This document shows, piece by piece, positions 36,133 to 47,413 of a stretch of DNA of 64,000 nt. The position numbers and the translations under genes were made by a program. The notes under the pieces were generated by a model. It worked only from the letters and a program-made list of their open reading frames with translations. It ran no database searches and was not told the origin of the DNA. Position 1 is the stretch's first letter, and each line of letters opens with the position of its first letter. This stretch comes from Bacteroidales bacterium. GTDB lineage: Bacteria > Bacteroidota > Bacteroidia > Bacteroidales > Marinilabiliaceae. The stretch is taken from contig JAKSLF010000006.1 in the NCBI GenBank assembly GCA_024401355.1, positions 27,096 through 91,095 of the forward strand, read 5' to 3'.

Positions 36133-38475
36133 ATGGTGTACAAAGACATAGAAGTAGAGCATGTTCTCACCGACAGCCGAAACCTAGTGGTGGCTGAGGG
36201 CTCTCTGTTTGTGGCATTGCGTGGTGAGCGTCATGACGGCGCACGCTATGTGGCCGACTTGTATCAGCGTGGCGTCAGAGCATTTATCTGCCATAAAGAC
36301 TTTGACACGACACCATTTGCCGATGCCAAATTCATACTGGCAGACAACACCCTGGACGAATTCCACAACATGGCGCTAGAGCAGCGCAGACAGAACAGAG
36401 GTCGTGTAGTAGCCGTAGTGGGGTCGAACGGAAAGACGATAGTGAAAGAGTGGCTAGCGGAGATAGTGGGCAACAACCTGAGAACCGTGAGATCGCCAAG
36501 ATCGTATAACAGCCAGGTGGGTGTTCCTCTGTCGCTGCTGAACATCAAGCCGGACACCGAACTATCGATAATAGAAGCCGGCATATCGCAGAGAGCGGAG
36601 ATGCAGAGGCTGGAGAAGATAATATGTCCGGACGACGTCATAATAACCAACATCGGACAGGCGCATCAGGAAAACTTCGCGACAATAGAACAAAAACTGC
36701 AGGAGAAAATGCAGATAGCCGTAAACGCGAAACGAATATTCTATTGCAAAGAGCATAAGCTGATAGAAGACTACCTGAAAAAACACTATAGCAGCAAAGA
36801 GCTGATAGGGTGGTCGGCAGACGAAGCACGTGAATATACGAGTCTGTTTGGTCTGCAGGACGTCATCTCGCAGGAGAACCTGATGCATGCCGTGAACTAT
36901 GCGAAAGCCATAGGAATAGCAATAGAAGAGATCAAGGCAAGGATACCGCAGCTGGAGTCGATAACCATGCGACTAGAGCAGAAAGACGGACATAACAACT
37001 GCACGATAATAGACGACGCATACAACGCAGACATAGACTCGCTGTCGATAGCGCTTGACTCGCTCAGGACCCTTGGTGACAAGAAAGGACTATCGAGGAC
37101 CGTCATCCTGTCGGACCTGCAGCAGACAGGACTGCCAGACAGGGAACTCTATGAAAGAGTAGAGAACCTCTTGAAGCAGAACAACGTGACACGTCTGATA
37201 GGCATTGGTCAGCACATCAGCAACTCGGCCATAAACATAGCTAACGGCCAGTACTTTGCCTCGACAGACGACTTCTTGCACAGCATATCGACAGCCGACT
37301 TCAAAGACGAAGCCATACTGCTGAAAGGATCGCGCAGCTTCCACTTTGAGAAGATAGTATCGTTGCTGGAGCAGCGTCATCACAGGACCGTGATGGACGT
37401 GAACATGGGAGCCCTGGCACATAACATAGCATACTTCAGGTCGTTCCTGAAGCCGACGACAAAACTGCTGGCGATGGTGAAAGCATACTCGTATGGCACA
37501 GGATCATTCGAGATAGCGAAACTCATGCAGCAGCAGGGAGTGGACTACCTCGGTGTAGCCTTTGCAGACGAAGGAGTAGAACTTCGACAGGCAGGAATAT
37601 CGTTGCCAATCATAGTGATGAATCCAGAGGAGCACAGCTATGACGTGATGCTGAACAATGGACTTGAGCCGGAACTGTCGACCATAGAATCGCTGAGGAA
37701 ATACTCGGCCATGGCCCACAGACTAGACATAGAGAAAGCACCGATACACATCAAACTGGACACCGGCATGAAGAGGTCGGGCTTTGAACTGCCAGACATG
37801 GACGAAGTGGCCCAGGTAGTGACAGGCAGCGGCAACCTGAAAGTAGTATCATCGTTCTCGCATCTGGTGGGCAGCGACGAAGCGAAGCATGACGACTTCA
37901 CGCACAGACAACTAGACATATTCAAAGCAGCGACAGACAGACTAGAAGCAGGGTTGGGCTACAAATTCATACGTCACATACTGAATAGTGCAGGCATAGA
38001 GAGATTCTCAGAGTATCAGCATGACATGGTACGACTTGGAATCGGACTATATGGAGTGTCGGCAGTGGACAACAGCAGACTGAGAAACGTAGTCACTTTG
38101 AAATCGTACATCTCGCAGATAAGGCCAGTGAAAGCAGGCGAGTCGGTCGGTTATAGCCGAAAGACATATCTGACCAGAGACTCGCTGATAGCAGTAGTTC
38201 CGATAGGGTATGCAGACGGACTGGACCGCCGCTTGAGCAATGGAGTGGGCGAAGTGATGATAAGAGGCCAGAAAGCGCCTATAGCCGGCAACGTGTGCAT
38301 GGACATCTGTATGGTAGACGTGACAGACGTAGCGGGAGCAAAAGTGGGTGACGTAGTGACACTATTCGGAGATGAAAATCCGGTATGGGAAATGTCGGAC
38401 AAGATAGGCACGATACCATACGAGATAATGACAGGAATAGGTCGTCGAGTGAAGCGCATATATTTCTATGACTAA
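36133..38475 (+). CDS. murF: Bifunctional UDP-MurNAc-tripeptide--D-Ala-D-Ala ligase (MurF) / alanine racemase
   Basis: Mur-ligase P-loop GSNGKT in the N-terminal half. The C-terminal half carries the PLP-lysine motif AMVKAYSYGTG and GYADG of alanine racemase. Confidence 0.9.
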   Translation: MVYKDIEVEHVLTDSRNLVVAEGSLFVALRGERHDGARYVADLYQRGVRAFICHKDFDTTPFADAKFILADNTLDEFHNMALEQRRQNRGRVVAVVGSNGKTIVKEWLAEIVGNNLRTVRSPRSYNSQVGVPLSLLNIKPDTELSIIEAGISQRAEMQRLEKIICPDDVIITNIGQAHQENFATIEQKLQEKMQIAVNAKRIFYCKEHKLIEDYLKKHYSSKELIGWSADEAREYTSLFGLQDVISQENLMHAVNYAKAIGIAIEEIKARIPQLESITMRLEQKDGHNNCTIIDDAYNADIDSLSIALDSLRTLGDKKGLSRTVILSDLQQTGLPDRELYERVENLLKQNNVTRLIGIGQHISNSAINIANGQYFASTDDFLHSISTADFKDEAILLKGSRSFHFEKIVSLLEQRHHRTVMDVNMGALAHNIAYFRSFLKPTTKLLAMVKAYSYGTGSFEIAKLMQQQGVDYLGVAFADEGVELRQAGISLPIIVMNPEEHSYDVMLNNGLEPELSTIESLRKYSAMAHRLDIEKAPIHIKLDTGMKRSGFELPDMDEVAQVVTGSGNLKVVSSFSHLVGSDEAKHDDFTHRQLDIFKAATDRLEAGLGYKFIRHILNSAGIERFSEYQHDMVRLGIGLYGVSAVDNSRLRNVVTLKSYISQIRPVKAGESVGYSRKTYLTRDSLIAVVPIGYADGLDRRLSNGVGEVMIRGQKAPIAGNVCMDICMVDVTDVAGAKVGDVVTLFGDENPVWEMSDKIGTIPYEIMTGIGRRVKRIYFYD

Positions 38476-38487
38476 AAAAGAGAAGGA

Positions 38488-39324
38488 ATGTTAGTATATC
38501 CGAACGCCAAAATAAACCTGGGGCTGAACATAGTAGAGAAGAGGCCTGACGGGTATCATAATATAGAGACGCTGTTCTATCCGATAGGATTGTCGGATGT
38601 GCTGGAAGTAGTATTCCCAGAATCATCGGAGCCGTATGTATGGCAGTCGTCGGGAATAGACGTAGACTGTCCGGCAGAGAACAACCTGTGCATTAAAGCG
38701 CTGATGAGCCTGCGAAAAGCGGCAGAGCGAAAAGGAATAGAGCTGCCATGCGTAGGACTGCATCTGCACAAAGTGGTGCCTACAGGCGCAGGACTTGGCG
38801 GAGGATCGTCGGATGCCGCCTTTGTAGCCAAGACCGTCAATGACATGCTGTCGTTGGGCTTTACGGTAAAAGAGCTGGAGGAAATAGTGTCTCCGGTAGG
38901 TGCTGACTGTCCGTTTTTCATAGCAGACAAGCCACAATTTGCAACGGGTATAGGTGACGTGTTGACACCAGCAAAGATGACAGACCTTTCGGGGAAATGG
39001 CTGATGCTGATCAAGCCGTCGGTAGCCGTGCCGACAAAAGTGGCATATAGCAAAGTGAAGCCACGCCGTCCGCAGATATGCATAACAGAAATAGTGTCGC
39101 AACCCGTTGAAGAGTGGCGAGGAAAGCTGGAGAATGACTTTGAAGAATCGGTCTTTGCTGAATTCCCTATAGTGGGTGAGATAAAAGACGCATTGTATGC
39201 GTCAGGAGCCGTATATGCCTCAATGTCGGGCAGCGGATCATCAATTTTTGGCATATTTGATAAAGAACCATCAGAATTACAGAACCTTTCGAGCGATTTT
39301 TTCGTATGGAAGGGTAGGATGTAA
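38488..39324 (+). CDS. ispE: 4-diphosphocytidyl-2-C-methyl-D-erythritol kinase
   Basis: N-terminal AKINLGL and the GHMP-kinase motif PTGAGLGGGSSDAA. Confidence 0.9.
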   Translation: MLVYPNAKINLGLNIVEKRPDGYHNIETLFYPIGLSDVLEVVFPESSEPYVWQSSGIDVDCPAENNLCIKALMSLRKAAERKGIELPCVGLHLHKVVPTGAGLGGGSSDAAFVAKTVNDMLSLGFTVKELEEIVSPVGADCPFFIADKPQFATGIGDVLTPAKMTDLSGKWLMLIKPSVAVPTKVAYSKVKPRRPQICITEIVSQPVEEWRGKLENDFEESVFAEFPIVGEIKDALYASGAVYASMSGSGSSIFGIFDKEPSELQNLSSDFFVWKGRM

Positions 39325-39331
39325 TTAACGG

Positions 39332-41620
39332 ATGGTGAACAGACACAACAAACATAAATATTTCAACTCGGCATTATGCAACATGGTCAAGGTCATCATG
39401 TTGGTGTTTGTTGTGTTGTTTGTCCAGCAAGAGTCGGCAGCGGCAGGCAAGAAGTCGTTGGACTTGAAGAAGAAATTTACATCATCGGTTGACTCGTTCA
39501 TGGTCAGTTTCATAAACATGGACAGGGGCAAATCGCAATTCTGGCGTGATGCAGCATATCGTTCGGTAAACGACAGCGATTCATATAATGGATATAAGGC
39601 GCTAGAGTTGCATGTGGGCATAACCGACGGGTCGATAGTCGACAGAAAAGAAGAGATAGACGCCTTGATAGACTATTTCTATGGTCGTGAAGACACGTTT
39701 GGCATCAAGATGCTGTCGATGTGCTATGGTCTGATGGGTGGTTTCTGGATGATGACAGAATATGGGAAATCAGTAACCTACTATGAAATGGCGGGACTGC
39801 TGGCCGACAAGATAAGCAGCAAGACGTTAAAGACATACGACGTCTTACGTTTGTCGGAAGCATATAACCGTATGGGCAACTATGTTGATGCTGCCTATTA
39901 TATGAGACAGCAGCTTGAAGATGAATATTGCAAAAATCCGTCAGTAATCCGGTTCCAGACGGAAATACAGCTCTATAGCATATACACCCATATGCGTGTC
40001 AACTCGCTAGTGGAGTATTATGGTCGAATGATAGAGAAAGAGGGCTATTATTTGACAAACCTCATGTTTGAATCAAGTTATCTATTGCGAAAAGCCGACT
40101 ATTTGATGTCGACAGGGCAGGCACAGGCGGCATACGATGAATGTACGGTGAGGTTGTTGCAGACATCTGAGTTGACCGGTGCAGAGATAGATTTGTGGCG
40201 AGTGAACCTTCAGGCAGCGAAAATTCTAACAGCGTTGGGAAGATATGAAGAAGCGGAGCGCCACGTCGAAAAATGCAAAAAAATGAAGTACTACGTCCGC
40301 GGATTTAAATACACCAGAGCGTACTCAAACTATCATGTGGACCTGATAGAGGCGTGGATAAACTACTATAGAAACAGGACTGAACGTGCATTGGGAATAC
40401 TGTTGGAATCGAATCCTCCACAGGAGACGCTGAACGAGTATGAGTTTGGCACGGTGTATTACCATTGCCTTGAAATGATATACGGTAAGCTTGGCGATTA
40501 TCGCAAAGCCGTAAAAATGGTTGAGGCGTCGAAAAATCTTCGTGAAAAATCAGTGGCGCTGAATGCAGAGCAGCGATCGCAGGACCTGGACAACATGTAT
40601 AGGTCGGACACGACGATAATCAATCAGGACATGATGTTGATGCGTAAGAATCATGACGTTACATCGGCTCAGCGTCGAATAGTGTTGTGGATGTTGTCGG
40701 CGTTAATGCTGGTCCTTGCAGCAATGCTCATTCGTTTGGTCGTAATCCGATACAGGCGGAAAGAATCGGCAGAAAAAGACTTGCGGCAGAAAGAGAAACT
40801 TGAGAAGGAAATAATGCGCCAGACATTGCAGCTGACAGAGCAGAAAAATGAAATAAGCAAGAAGAACCAGGACATCATAATGAGTCAGTCGTATGCCAGA
40901 GTGATACAGGAGGGCGTCCTGCCAGATCCTGCGGAACTCGACAACGAGAAGATAAGCGGCTCGTTTGTGATATACAAGCCGGTAGACGTAGTCAGTGGTG
41001 ACTTCTACTGGTTCCGTCGTTTTGGCAACTACATGGTAGTCTGTTGTGCAGATTGTTCGGGACGTGGCGTTCCGGGTGCGATGATGACCATGGTGGGTCT
41101 GACATTGCTGAATGACATAACAACATCGCGTGAAAAATTTGTAGCCTCGCAGTTGTTGGAAGACCTTGACAAAGCATTGCTCAACATGATGCCGGATATC
41201 AGAAGAAGTGATTCGATGGATGTGTCGATAGCAGTTGTCGACTTGGAGAACAAGCGAGTAGACGTGTCGACAGCCAACCAGGATTTTGTAGTGTGCCAGG
41301 ACGGCAAGATGAAACTGTATTCTGGAGTAAGAAGACATGTAGGATTTGCAAGTATACGTGACATGGTAGAGCCATTTGCCGACTATATATTTGACATGAA
41401 GAAGGGTGATTCGCTGTACCTTTATACCGACGGCGTTTTGTCGTTGTCGGGTGGAGAGATGGGTGAGAACCTAACATCTGAGCGATTTGTCAGAATGTTG
41501 TCAGAATGTAGTCAGATAGACGTCAGAAGCCGTTCGGGCATCGTCAACAAAGCATTGTCAGACTGGTGCGGATGTAATAATCCTATGGATGACTATTCAA
41601 TAGTATGCATTGAAATGTAA
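39332..41620 (+). CDS. TPR-repeat / single-TM / coiled-coil / SpoIIE (PP2C-type) phosphatase, paralog 1
   Basis: 762 aa with an N-terminal signal anchor, a helical-repeat region of about 400 aa, a TM segment (IVLWMLSALMLVLAAMLIRLVVI), a coiled coil and a PP2C core with VSGDFYWF. Confidence 0.8.
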   Translation: MVNRHNKHKYFNSALCNMVKVIMLVFVVLFVQQESAAAGKKSLDLKKKFTSSVDSFMVSFINMDRGKSQFWRDAAYRSVNDSDSYNGYKALELHVGITDGSIVDRKEEIDALIDYFYGREDTFGIKMLSMCYGLMGGFWMMTEYGKSVTYYEMAGLLADKISSKTLKTYDVLRLSEAYNRMGNYVDAAYYMRQQLEDEYCKNPSVIRFQTEIQLYSIYTHMRVNSLVEYYGRMIEKEGYYLTNLMFESSYLLRKADYLMSTGQAQAAYDECTVRLLQTSELTGAEIDLWRVNLQAAKILTALGRYEEAERHVEKCKKMKYYVRGFKYTRAYSNYHVDLIEAWINYYRNRTERALGILLESNPPQETLNEYEFGTVYYHCLEMIYGKLGDYRKAVKMVEASKNLREKSVALNAEQRSQDLDNMYRSDTTIINQDMMLMRKNHDVTSAQRRIVLWMLSALMLVLAAMLIRLVVIRYRRKESAEKDLRQKEKLEKEIMRQTLQLTEQKNEISKKNQDIIMSQSYARVIQEGVLPDPAELDNEKISGSFVIYKPVDVVSGDFYWFRRFGNYMVVCCADCSGRGVPGAMMTMVGLTLLNDITTSREKFVASQLLEDLDKALLNMMPDIRRSDSMDVSIAVVDLENKRVDVSTANQDFVVCQDGKMKLYSGVRRHVGFASIRDMVEPFADYIFDMKKGDSLYLYTDGVLSLSGGEMGENLTSERFVRMLSECSQIDVRSRSGIVNKALSDWCGCNNPMDDYSIVCIEM

Positions 41621-41623
41621 GGA

Positions 41624-43912
41624 ATGAGATTGTTTTCCGGACATATTATCTCTCGTGTGGTGTCGAAAGCATTGCTGACACTAGTATTCACAATGACATT
41701 AGTGTCGTGTGTGGAGAGGGGAGAGGTGCGTCAGTCGCGATATGAGTCGGACGTTGATTCTCTTTTGTCGGTGGCCGATTCGCTATTTGCATCCTATAGG
41801 GCAGTAGAAGCGTTGTCGTTGCAGACACAGGCTTATACATTGGCCGACAAGGATATGGACAAGGCACGTGTGCAGGTAGAAATAGCCAGGTGTCATTATT
41901 TTATGGGTGACATAGTTTTGGCGCGTGCATTTGTAGAGGATGCGTTAAGTGTGTATGGGTTGACCGACATGCTGCCGGATGAAATGCTGAAACACAAACT
42001 TAGTGCATTGATACTATATGCGGAAGTGCTTCAGACATTGGAAAATACCAAAGAATCGGTGCGTCAGTATATGCGAGCTGCGATAGTTGCCGAGCGTCTG
42101 AATGACGATGAGGCATACGTGAAATGTCAGATGGTGACCTTGCAATATGAAGAGCAGATAGGCAGCTATGCAACAGCAATTGATGGATACAGAACGTTGC
42201 TGCCACATTGTGAACGGGCTTCGATGTCGGGAGAGCACTACAAGATATTGTCGCGTCTGCACAGGATATTTTTGTCTATTGGTTATCAGGAAGAAGCGGA
42301 GACATATCTGAAAGAGATGAAGCCTTTTGCTTCAAGTGGCGATGAGGTCGATGCGTATGTATATGATGTGGCGGAGATGAGGCAATGCACATCAGAATGG
42401 AATGTAGACAGCGCCAGAATAGCAAGTTGCGTAGGGCGATTGAGAACAGACATAGAAAACCCAATGCTTGCTGAATATTATGAATATAATGCAATGGGAC
42501 TGCTTGCCGAATATTACATGAAGCAGGACAAGTATGACTCAGCAAGATATTTCATAAGCCGGTATTGTGATATAGTGTCGGGCGACAGCAATGACGCTGT
42601 GTATGCGTATGCAAACCTTATTCAAATACAATCATTGTTGTATGACAATAACCTCGATAGTGCACGTGTAATATTGAAAAATGGTCATTTGGCAGATATC
42701 TGTCAGAAATCGGTAGAATTGAGTAGCCGCTATTATGGAATAATGAGCGACTATTACTACCGTCTTGGAAACTACAGGGAATCGTATGAGTGCATCAGGA
42801 TAATGACTGAATTGTCGGATTCGTTGAAAGCAGAAACCCTAAGTCATAACTTTGCCTATAGGGATATGGCTCATCAGCGTGATACGACAATAATGTCGAA
42901 CAACAGGAAACTCAGCCAGAAGCAGCTTGAACTGGACAGCTTGACCTTTTGGCAGACGGTATGGATAATCATAATAGCAGTAGCTGTGATAATCGCAATT
43001 ACTGTAGCCCTCAACAGACTGGTTGACATGCTTAAAGAGCGTGAACGTGAAGTATATCTGCAGAACCAAAAGCTTCAGCGTGAAGTCATCAGACATACCT
43101 CGATATTGCAAAACCAGAAAGTAGAACTTGAGCGCACCAATGATAGGCTGAACAGAGAGATTGAATATGCAAGTCGCATACAACATGACGTGTTGCCTTC
43201 TGAAAGCCGTCTTTCAAGTCCGTTGCTGAAGGGACATTTCGTATACTATCGCCCATGTGCACATATCAGTGGTGACTTCTACTGGTTCTACAGCATAGAC
43301 GACAAATTGTTTGTGTGCTGTGGAGATGCTACAGGTCATGGAATACCAGGTGCCTTCGTTGCGATGGTATGTTCGACGATACTTAACGACATAGTTTCGA
43401 TACCTGGCATTACAGCATCAGGCATGTTGACAGAGCTAGACCGGAATATGCGTAACATATTGGTCAACAATAACAACAATCATGGCAACGATAGTGCAGA
43501 CATGTCATTGATGTGCTTGGACAACAAGACAGGGAAAGTGACATTGGCCTTGTCACGTCATAATGCTCATATAATTCGTGCCAATGGAGAACAGGAATGT
43601 GTGGCAGGAGTGAAACGTAGCATTGGCGACATGGATGAAGCATTTGTTGCACGTCCGTTTGTTGAATATGAGTATACCTTCGATGAAGGTGACAGCATAT
43701 ATATGACTACCGACGGCCTCGAATCTCAGTTTGGAGGACCGGAAGGAAAGAAATTGAAACGCAAGAGACTAGCTGAAATGTTTTCTGCAATGTCTGGTTT
43801 GCCGTTTGACTCTCAGAAAGCATATCTTGACCAATATTTTAATGATTGGAAGGGTGATTGCGAGCAAACAGACGATGTTTTGGTGATAGGCTTGTGTTTT
43901 CGGAAAAAATAA
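41624..43912 (+). CDS. TPR-repeat / single-TM / coiled-coil / SpoIIE (PP2C-type) phosphatase, paralog 2
   Basis: It has the same 762-aa length and architecture as the upstream gene, with a TM segment (FWQTVWIIIIAVAVIIAITVAL) and a PP2C core with ISGDFYWF and GDATGHGIPGA. It starts 3 nt after the upstream stop. Confidence 0.8.
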   Translation: MRLFSGHIISRVVSKALLTLVFTMTLVSCVERGEVRQSRYESDVDSLLSVADSLFASYRAVEALSLQTQAYTLADKDMDKARVQVEIARCHYFMGDIVLARAFVEDALSVYGLTDMLPDEMLKHKLSALILYAEVLQTLENTKESVRQYMRAAIVAERLNDDEAYVKCQMVTLQYEEQIGSYATAIDGYRTLLPHCERASMSGEHYKILSRLHRIFLSIGYQEEAETYLKEMKPFASSGDEVDAYVYDVAEMRQCTSEWNVDSARIASCVGRLRTDIENPMLAEYYEYNAMGLLAEYYMKQDKYDSARYFISRYCDIVSGDSNDAVYAYANLIQIQSLLYDNNLDSARVILKNGHLADICQKSVELSSRYYGIMSDYYYRLGNYRESYECIRIMTELSDSLKAETLSHNFAYRDMAHQRDTTIMSNNRKLSQKQLELDSLTFWQTVWIIIIAVAVIIAITVALNRLVDMLKEREREVYLQNQKLQREVIRHTSILQNQKVELERTNDRLNREIEYASRIQHDVLPSESRLSSPLLKGHFVYYRPCAHISGDFYWFYSIDDKLFVCCGDATGHGIPGAFVAMVCSTILNDIVSIPGITASGMLTELDRNMRNILVNNNNNHGNDSADMSLMCLDNKTGKVTLALSRHNAHIIRANGEQECVAGVKRSIGDMDEAFVARPFVEYEYTFDEGDSIYMTTDGLESQFGGPEGKKLKRKRLAEMFSAMSGLPFDSQKAYLDQYFNDWKGDCEQTDDVLVIGLCFRKK

Positions 43913-44022
43913 TCTATTTTTTGTATTGAAAAGTAAATAATTATAATAACTTTGCAGATGTATTTGTATCGAGCATAAAACAATGGTACGAATACCCCAA
44001 AGTAATAACGCGACAACCATAA

Positions 44023-44370
44023 ATGAGCGGAATAGTAGACATATCAAAAAATCTTATGGGTCTCGAGCCTGGCTTCACGGTGCGCGATTTGCTTGTCAAC
44101 ATGCAAAACTATTATCTTGAAGCTACGCCAATGGGCTTTAGGATAATGCCTGATGTTGAGTCAATCCGTGATGTAGAGGAGATATTTGTCAATTTGGGCC
44201 ATAGTTTTGGAAATTTTGGGCTCCGTGTCGTGTCGATGGAGATTCTTCCAGATGAAGACGTGGAGATGACAGACGTCATACCAGATGCAATGGCAATACC
44301 ATGTGTAGCAGCATCTTCAATTACACGTGATGCTGATGGAGTAGAGCGTATATTGCTTACTTTCAAGTAA
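44023..44370 (+). CDS. Hypothetical acidic protein
   Basis: 115-aa ORF. A TAACTTTG -7 box lies at 43947-43954. No family recognised. Confidence 0.5.
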   Translation: MSGIVDISKNLMGLEPGFTVRDLLVNMQNYYLEATPMGFRIMPDVESIRDVEEIFVNLGHSFGNFGLRVVSMEILPDEDVEMTDVIPDAMAIPCVAASSITRDADGVERILLTFK

Positions 44371-44385
44371 AAATTACTTTTTGTT

Positions 44386-44985
44386 ATGCAGATTAGATCT
44401 TCAAGATTTCTGATGAGCAATCAGAATGTGTCTCAGTGTCCAAATACCAGTATACCTGAATATGCCTTTATTGGGCGTTCGAATGTCGGAAAGTCATCAC
44501 TGATAAATATGTTGTGCCAGCATAATGTGGCCAAAGTGAGTGGCACCCCTGGAAAGACACAATTGATAAATCACTTCCTGATAAACGACGAGTGGCATCT
44601 TGTTGACCTGCCTGGATATGGATATGCAAAGGTGTCGAAAAGCGTCAAGGAGAAGTTTCAGAGCATTATAACTGATTATGTCCTCGGCCGTGAACAATTG
44701 ACAAGTATGTTTGTTCTTGTCGACTGCCGTCACGAACCACAGAAAATAGACATGGAGTTTATGAGTTTTCTGGGTGAGAATGAAATACCGTTTTCAATCA
44801 TATTTACCAAAGCCGATAAATTGCGTCCTTCAGAACTTGAGCATAATATTGAAGTCTATAAAAACAAAATGCTCGAGGAGTGGGAAGAAATGCCTAATTA
44901 TTTTGTGACCTCGTCTGATAAAGGCATAGGCAAAAATGATGTTCTTGATTACATAGAGCAGATAAACAACGAACTCGCTAAATGA
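44386..44985 (+). CDS. engB: Ribosome-biogenesis GTPase EngB/YihA
   Basis: G1 [20 protein letters not shown] and G4 TKADK. Confidence 0.9.
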   Translation: MQIRSSRFLMSNQNVSQCPNTSIPEYAFIGRSNVGKSSLINMLCQHNVAKVSGTPGKTQLINHFLINDEWHLVDLPGYGYAKVSKSVKEKFQSIITDYVLGREQLTSMFVLVDCRHEPQKIDMEFMSFLGENEIPFSIIFTKADKLRPSELEHNIEVYKNKMLEEWEEMPNYFVTSSDKGIGKNDVLDYIEQINNELAK

Positions 44986-46568
44986 GGCGCATAGAGAAAA
45001 TAATTGCTTGGATGAGAATAGTTGCAACTTTATTATTGTGCATATTTAGTGTGGTTCAGATATGGACTCAGACCACGTCGACACACCAGGAGGTTGCACC
45101 TGTGAGGGAAATGCGTGGATTGTGGGTCGCTGTGGTTGGCAATATCGATTGGCCATCGTCAGCTGGTTTGTCTGTCGGAACATTGAAGCGTGAAGCGACA
45201 ACCATTCTCGACAGGGCAAAATCAATGGGTCTTAATACGATTTTTCTTCAGGTTCGTCCGTCGGCTGATGCCATATATCAATCGTCGCTCGAGCCGTTGT
45301 CATATTATCTCGTAGGCAGCGATGTTGCCAAGAACGATCTCTCTTTCGAATTTGATGCATTGTCGTTCTGGGTCTCTGAAGCACATAAGAGAGGACTCGA
45401 ATTGCACGCGTGGATCAATCCGTTCAGAGTTACGCCGATGGCTGAATTTATGTGTGCCCAAAATCATCTGTCGAAGACTCATCCGGAATGGACTATAACA
45501 TACGCAGGCAAAATGTATCTTGATCCTGGCATCCCTGAGGCACGTGATTATGTCGTAAGTATAGTAGATGATATTGTCTCGCGATATGACATAGATGGTG
45601 TCCATTTTGATGATTATTTCTATCCCTATCCGGTCAGTGGAGAGATGTTCCATGATGAGAAGTCGTATAAGAAATATAATGTTCAGTCATTGGCATTGGA
45701 CGATTGGCGTCGTAGCAATGTTGATAGTGTCATATCCAAAGTCTCTAGGGTTGTTGATGCAAAACCTTGGGTGAAGTTTGGCGTGAGTCCTTTTGGCGTG
45801 TGGCGAAACAAGTCGGACGACCCTCGAGGCAGCGATACACGTGCCGGACTGACAGACTATGATGTGCTTTATGCTGATATTATGTCGTGGGTAAAGTCGG
45901 GTTGGATCGACTATATCGTTCCTCAGGTATATTGGGAGGCAGGTAATAACGCTGCTGATTTTGATAAAGTTTCTTCATGGTGGGCAGAGGCATGTTCTCA
46001 GTCCGATGTACAGGTTTATGTCGGGCATGCGGTACATAAGGTCAATTCGTCGAAGCCGTGGAAAAACGCTAACGAAATGCCTTCGCAAATAAAGAAAGTA
46101 CGTGATGATTCTCGATTGTCAGGTAGTGTCTTTTTTAGCTATCGTCAGTTTAATCGAGATATTCTTGGGTTGGAAGAGGCATTGCGTACCGATTTGTATT
46201 CTATGCCTTCTTTGTCTCCTGTTATTTCCAGAAATGCCGACAGCATGTCTGTCTCTGTTGATGATATCTCTTATTCTGGGAATGTCTTGTCTTGGACGGT
46301 ATCCTCGCCGTCTGATGTCCGTTTTTATGTCATCTACCGTTATCCAAGGGGCAAGAGGAATGAAGAGGAGATTGTTGATATTGTTGGTGCTGACGGCAAG
46401 TGTGTGCAATATGAACTCACCAACAATGCGTATTCTTATTCATCGGTTCACTCGTCAGAAAAAGGTGCCGAATCTTCAGGCAGACGTAAATACATATTCC
46501 GTGTAGCACCTGTTGATGTCTATGGTTATGAACATGCAAAATCATCCCGTTGCAGGGTCAGGTATTAA
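44982..46568 (+). CDS. Glycosyl-hydrolase-like family 10 (DUF187/YngK-type) protein
   Basis: Signal anchor, MRGLWVA...[14 protein letters not shown] and [11 protein letters not shown] motifs. The start overlaps the engB stop (ATGA). Confidence 0.8.
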   Translation: MRRIEKIIAWMRIVATLLLCIFSVVQIWTQTTSTHQEVAPVREMRGLWVAVVGNIDWPSSAGLSVGTLKREATTILDRAKSMGLNTIFLQVRPSADAIYQSSLEPLSYYLVGSDVAKNDLSFEFDALSFWVSEAHKRGLELHAWINPFRVTPMAEFMCAQNHLSKTHPEWTITYAGKMYLDPGIPEARDYVVSIVDDIVSRYDIDGVHFDDYFYPYPVSGEMFHDEKSYKKYNVQSLALDDWRRSNVDSVISKVSRVVDAKPWVKFGVSPFGVWRNKSDDPRGSDTRAGLTDYDVLYADIMSWVKSGWIDYIVPQVYWEAGNNAADFDKVSSWWAEACSQSDVQVYVGHAVHKVNSSKPWKNANEMPSQIKKVRDDSRLSGSVFFSYRQFNRDILGLEEALRTDLYSMPSLSPVISRNADSMSVSVDDISYSGNVLSWTVSSPSDVRFYVIYRYPRGKRNEEEIVDIVGADGKCVQYELTNNAYSYSSVHSSEKGAESSGRRKYIFRVAPVDVYGYEHAKSSRCRVRY

Positions 46569-46702
46569 TGGTTTTGTTAATATAATCTAGATGTTCGATT
46601 TGAAATAATTTCATCGAACTCACGTTAATTAAAAAAATATGTAAATATAGAGTAGTAGTGCTAAATTTTTTGCTATCTTTGTGGCTAATAACAAGGCAAT
46701 CA

Positions 46703-47281
46703 ATGAAAAGATTATTTGCAATAATATCTTTGGCAGCGGTTTTATTTGGCTGCAGCAGTGACAAGTCATACGTTATAGAGGGAACTCTCTATGGTGCGGC
46801 AAGTTTTGAAGGTGAAACCATTTATATGGTTCCATTCGGTAGTTCGTCGACTGAAGGACAGGATTCGGCTGTTATTAGCAATGGACGTTTCGTCTTTGAG
46901 GGTACTGCTGAACGCCCTGAGGTTTGTGAACTTCGCGTTCGTCCGATGATGCGTCTGTTCCTTGACAGGGATAAATTCGTAATCATAAAGGAGCCTGGTC
47001 ATTTGTGGGTTGCTTTGTCAAAGCAGAGTACTGCTCGTGGCACGGCGCTTAACGATTCGTTGCAGGTTTGGAGAGAGTATAAGTATAAGGCCGACAGCGT
47101 CTTCTCCGCAATCTCTAAGCAAATGAAGGTTGCCAAGCTCAAGGGCGATGATTCTTCTGAAATCGAAGCATTGGAAATGAAATACGAAACTTTCAAGAAT
47201 ACATTCATTAAGCATAACAAGGAAGTTGCTGAACGTAATGACAATGTGTTTGGTGACTACATCGAGCATTATGCAAGGTGA
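46703..47281 (+). CDS. Lipoprotein, DUF4369-like
   Basis: Lipobox LFGCSS followed by YVIEGTL.G......IYM. The start chosen is MKRLFA at 46703, preceded by TATCTTTG at 46674-46681. Confidence 0.6.
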   Translation: MKRLFAIISLAAVLFGCSSDKSYVIEGTLYGAASFEGETIYMVPFGSSSTEGQDSAVISNGRFVFEGTAERPEVCELRVRPMMRLFLDRDKFVIIKEPGHLWVALSKQSTARGTALNDSLQVWREYKYKADSVFSAISKQMKVAKLKGDDSSEIEALEMKYETFKNTFIKHNKEVAERNDNVFGDYIEHYAR

Positions 47282-47298
47282 TATTCTGAAGTAGGTTT

Positions 47299-47371
47299 CG
47301 GAGAATAGCGCAGTTGGTAGCGCACTACGTTCGGGACGTAGGGGTCGGGCGTTCGAGTCGCCTTTCTCCGA
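47299..47371 (+). tRNA. tRNA-Pro (anticodon CGG)
   Basis: A 73-nt cloverleaf folded by hand. The acceptor stem is CGGAGAA/TTCTCCG with discriminator A, the D stem is GCGC/GCGC, the anticodon stem CTACG/CGTAG carries loop TTCGGGA, and the T arm is GGGCG-TTCGAGT-CGCCT. CCA is not encoded. Confidence 0.93.
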
Positions 47372-47384
47372 CTTAGTGATATAT

Positions 47385-47410
47385 AATCCGCTTTTTCAAG
47401 CGGATTTTTT
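47385..47410. terminator. Bidirectional hairpin terminator between tRNA-Pro (+) and rlmH (-)
   Basis: AATCCGC (47385-47391) pairs with GCGGATT (47400-47406). A T-run follows on the plus strand and an A/T-run on the minus strand. Confidence 0.7.
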
Positions 47411-47413
47411 GTT

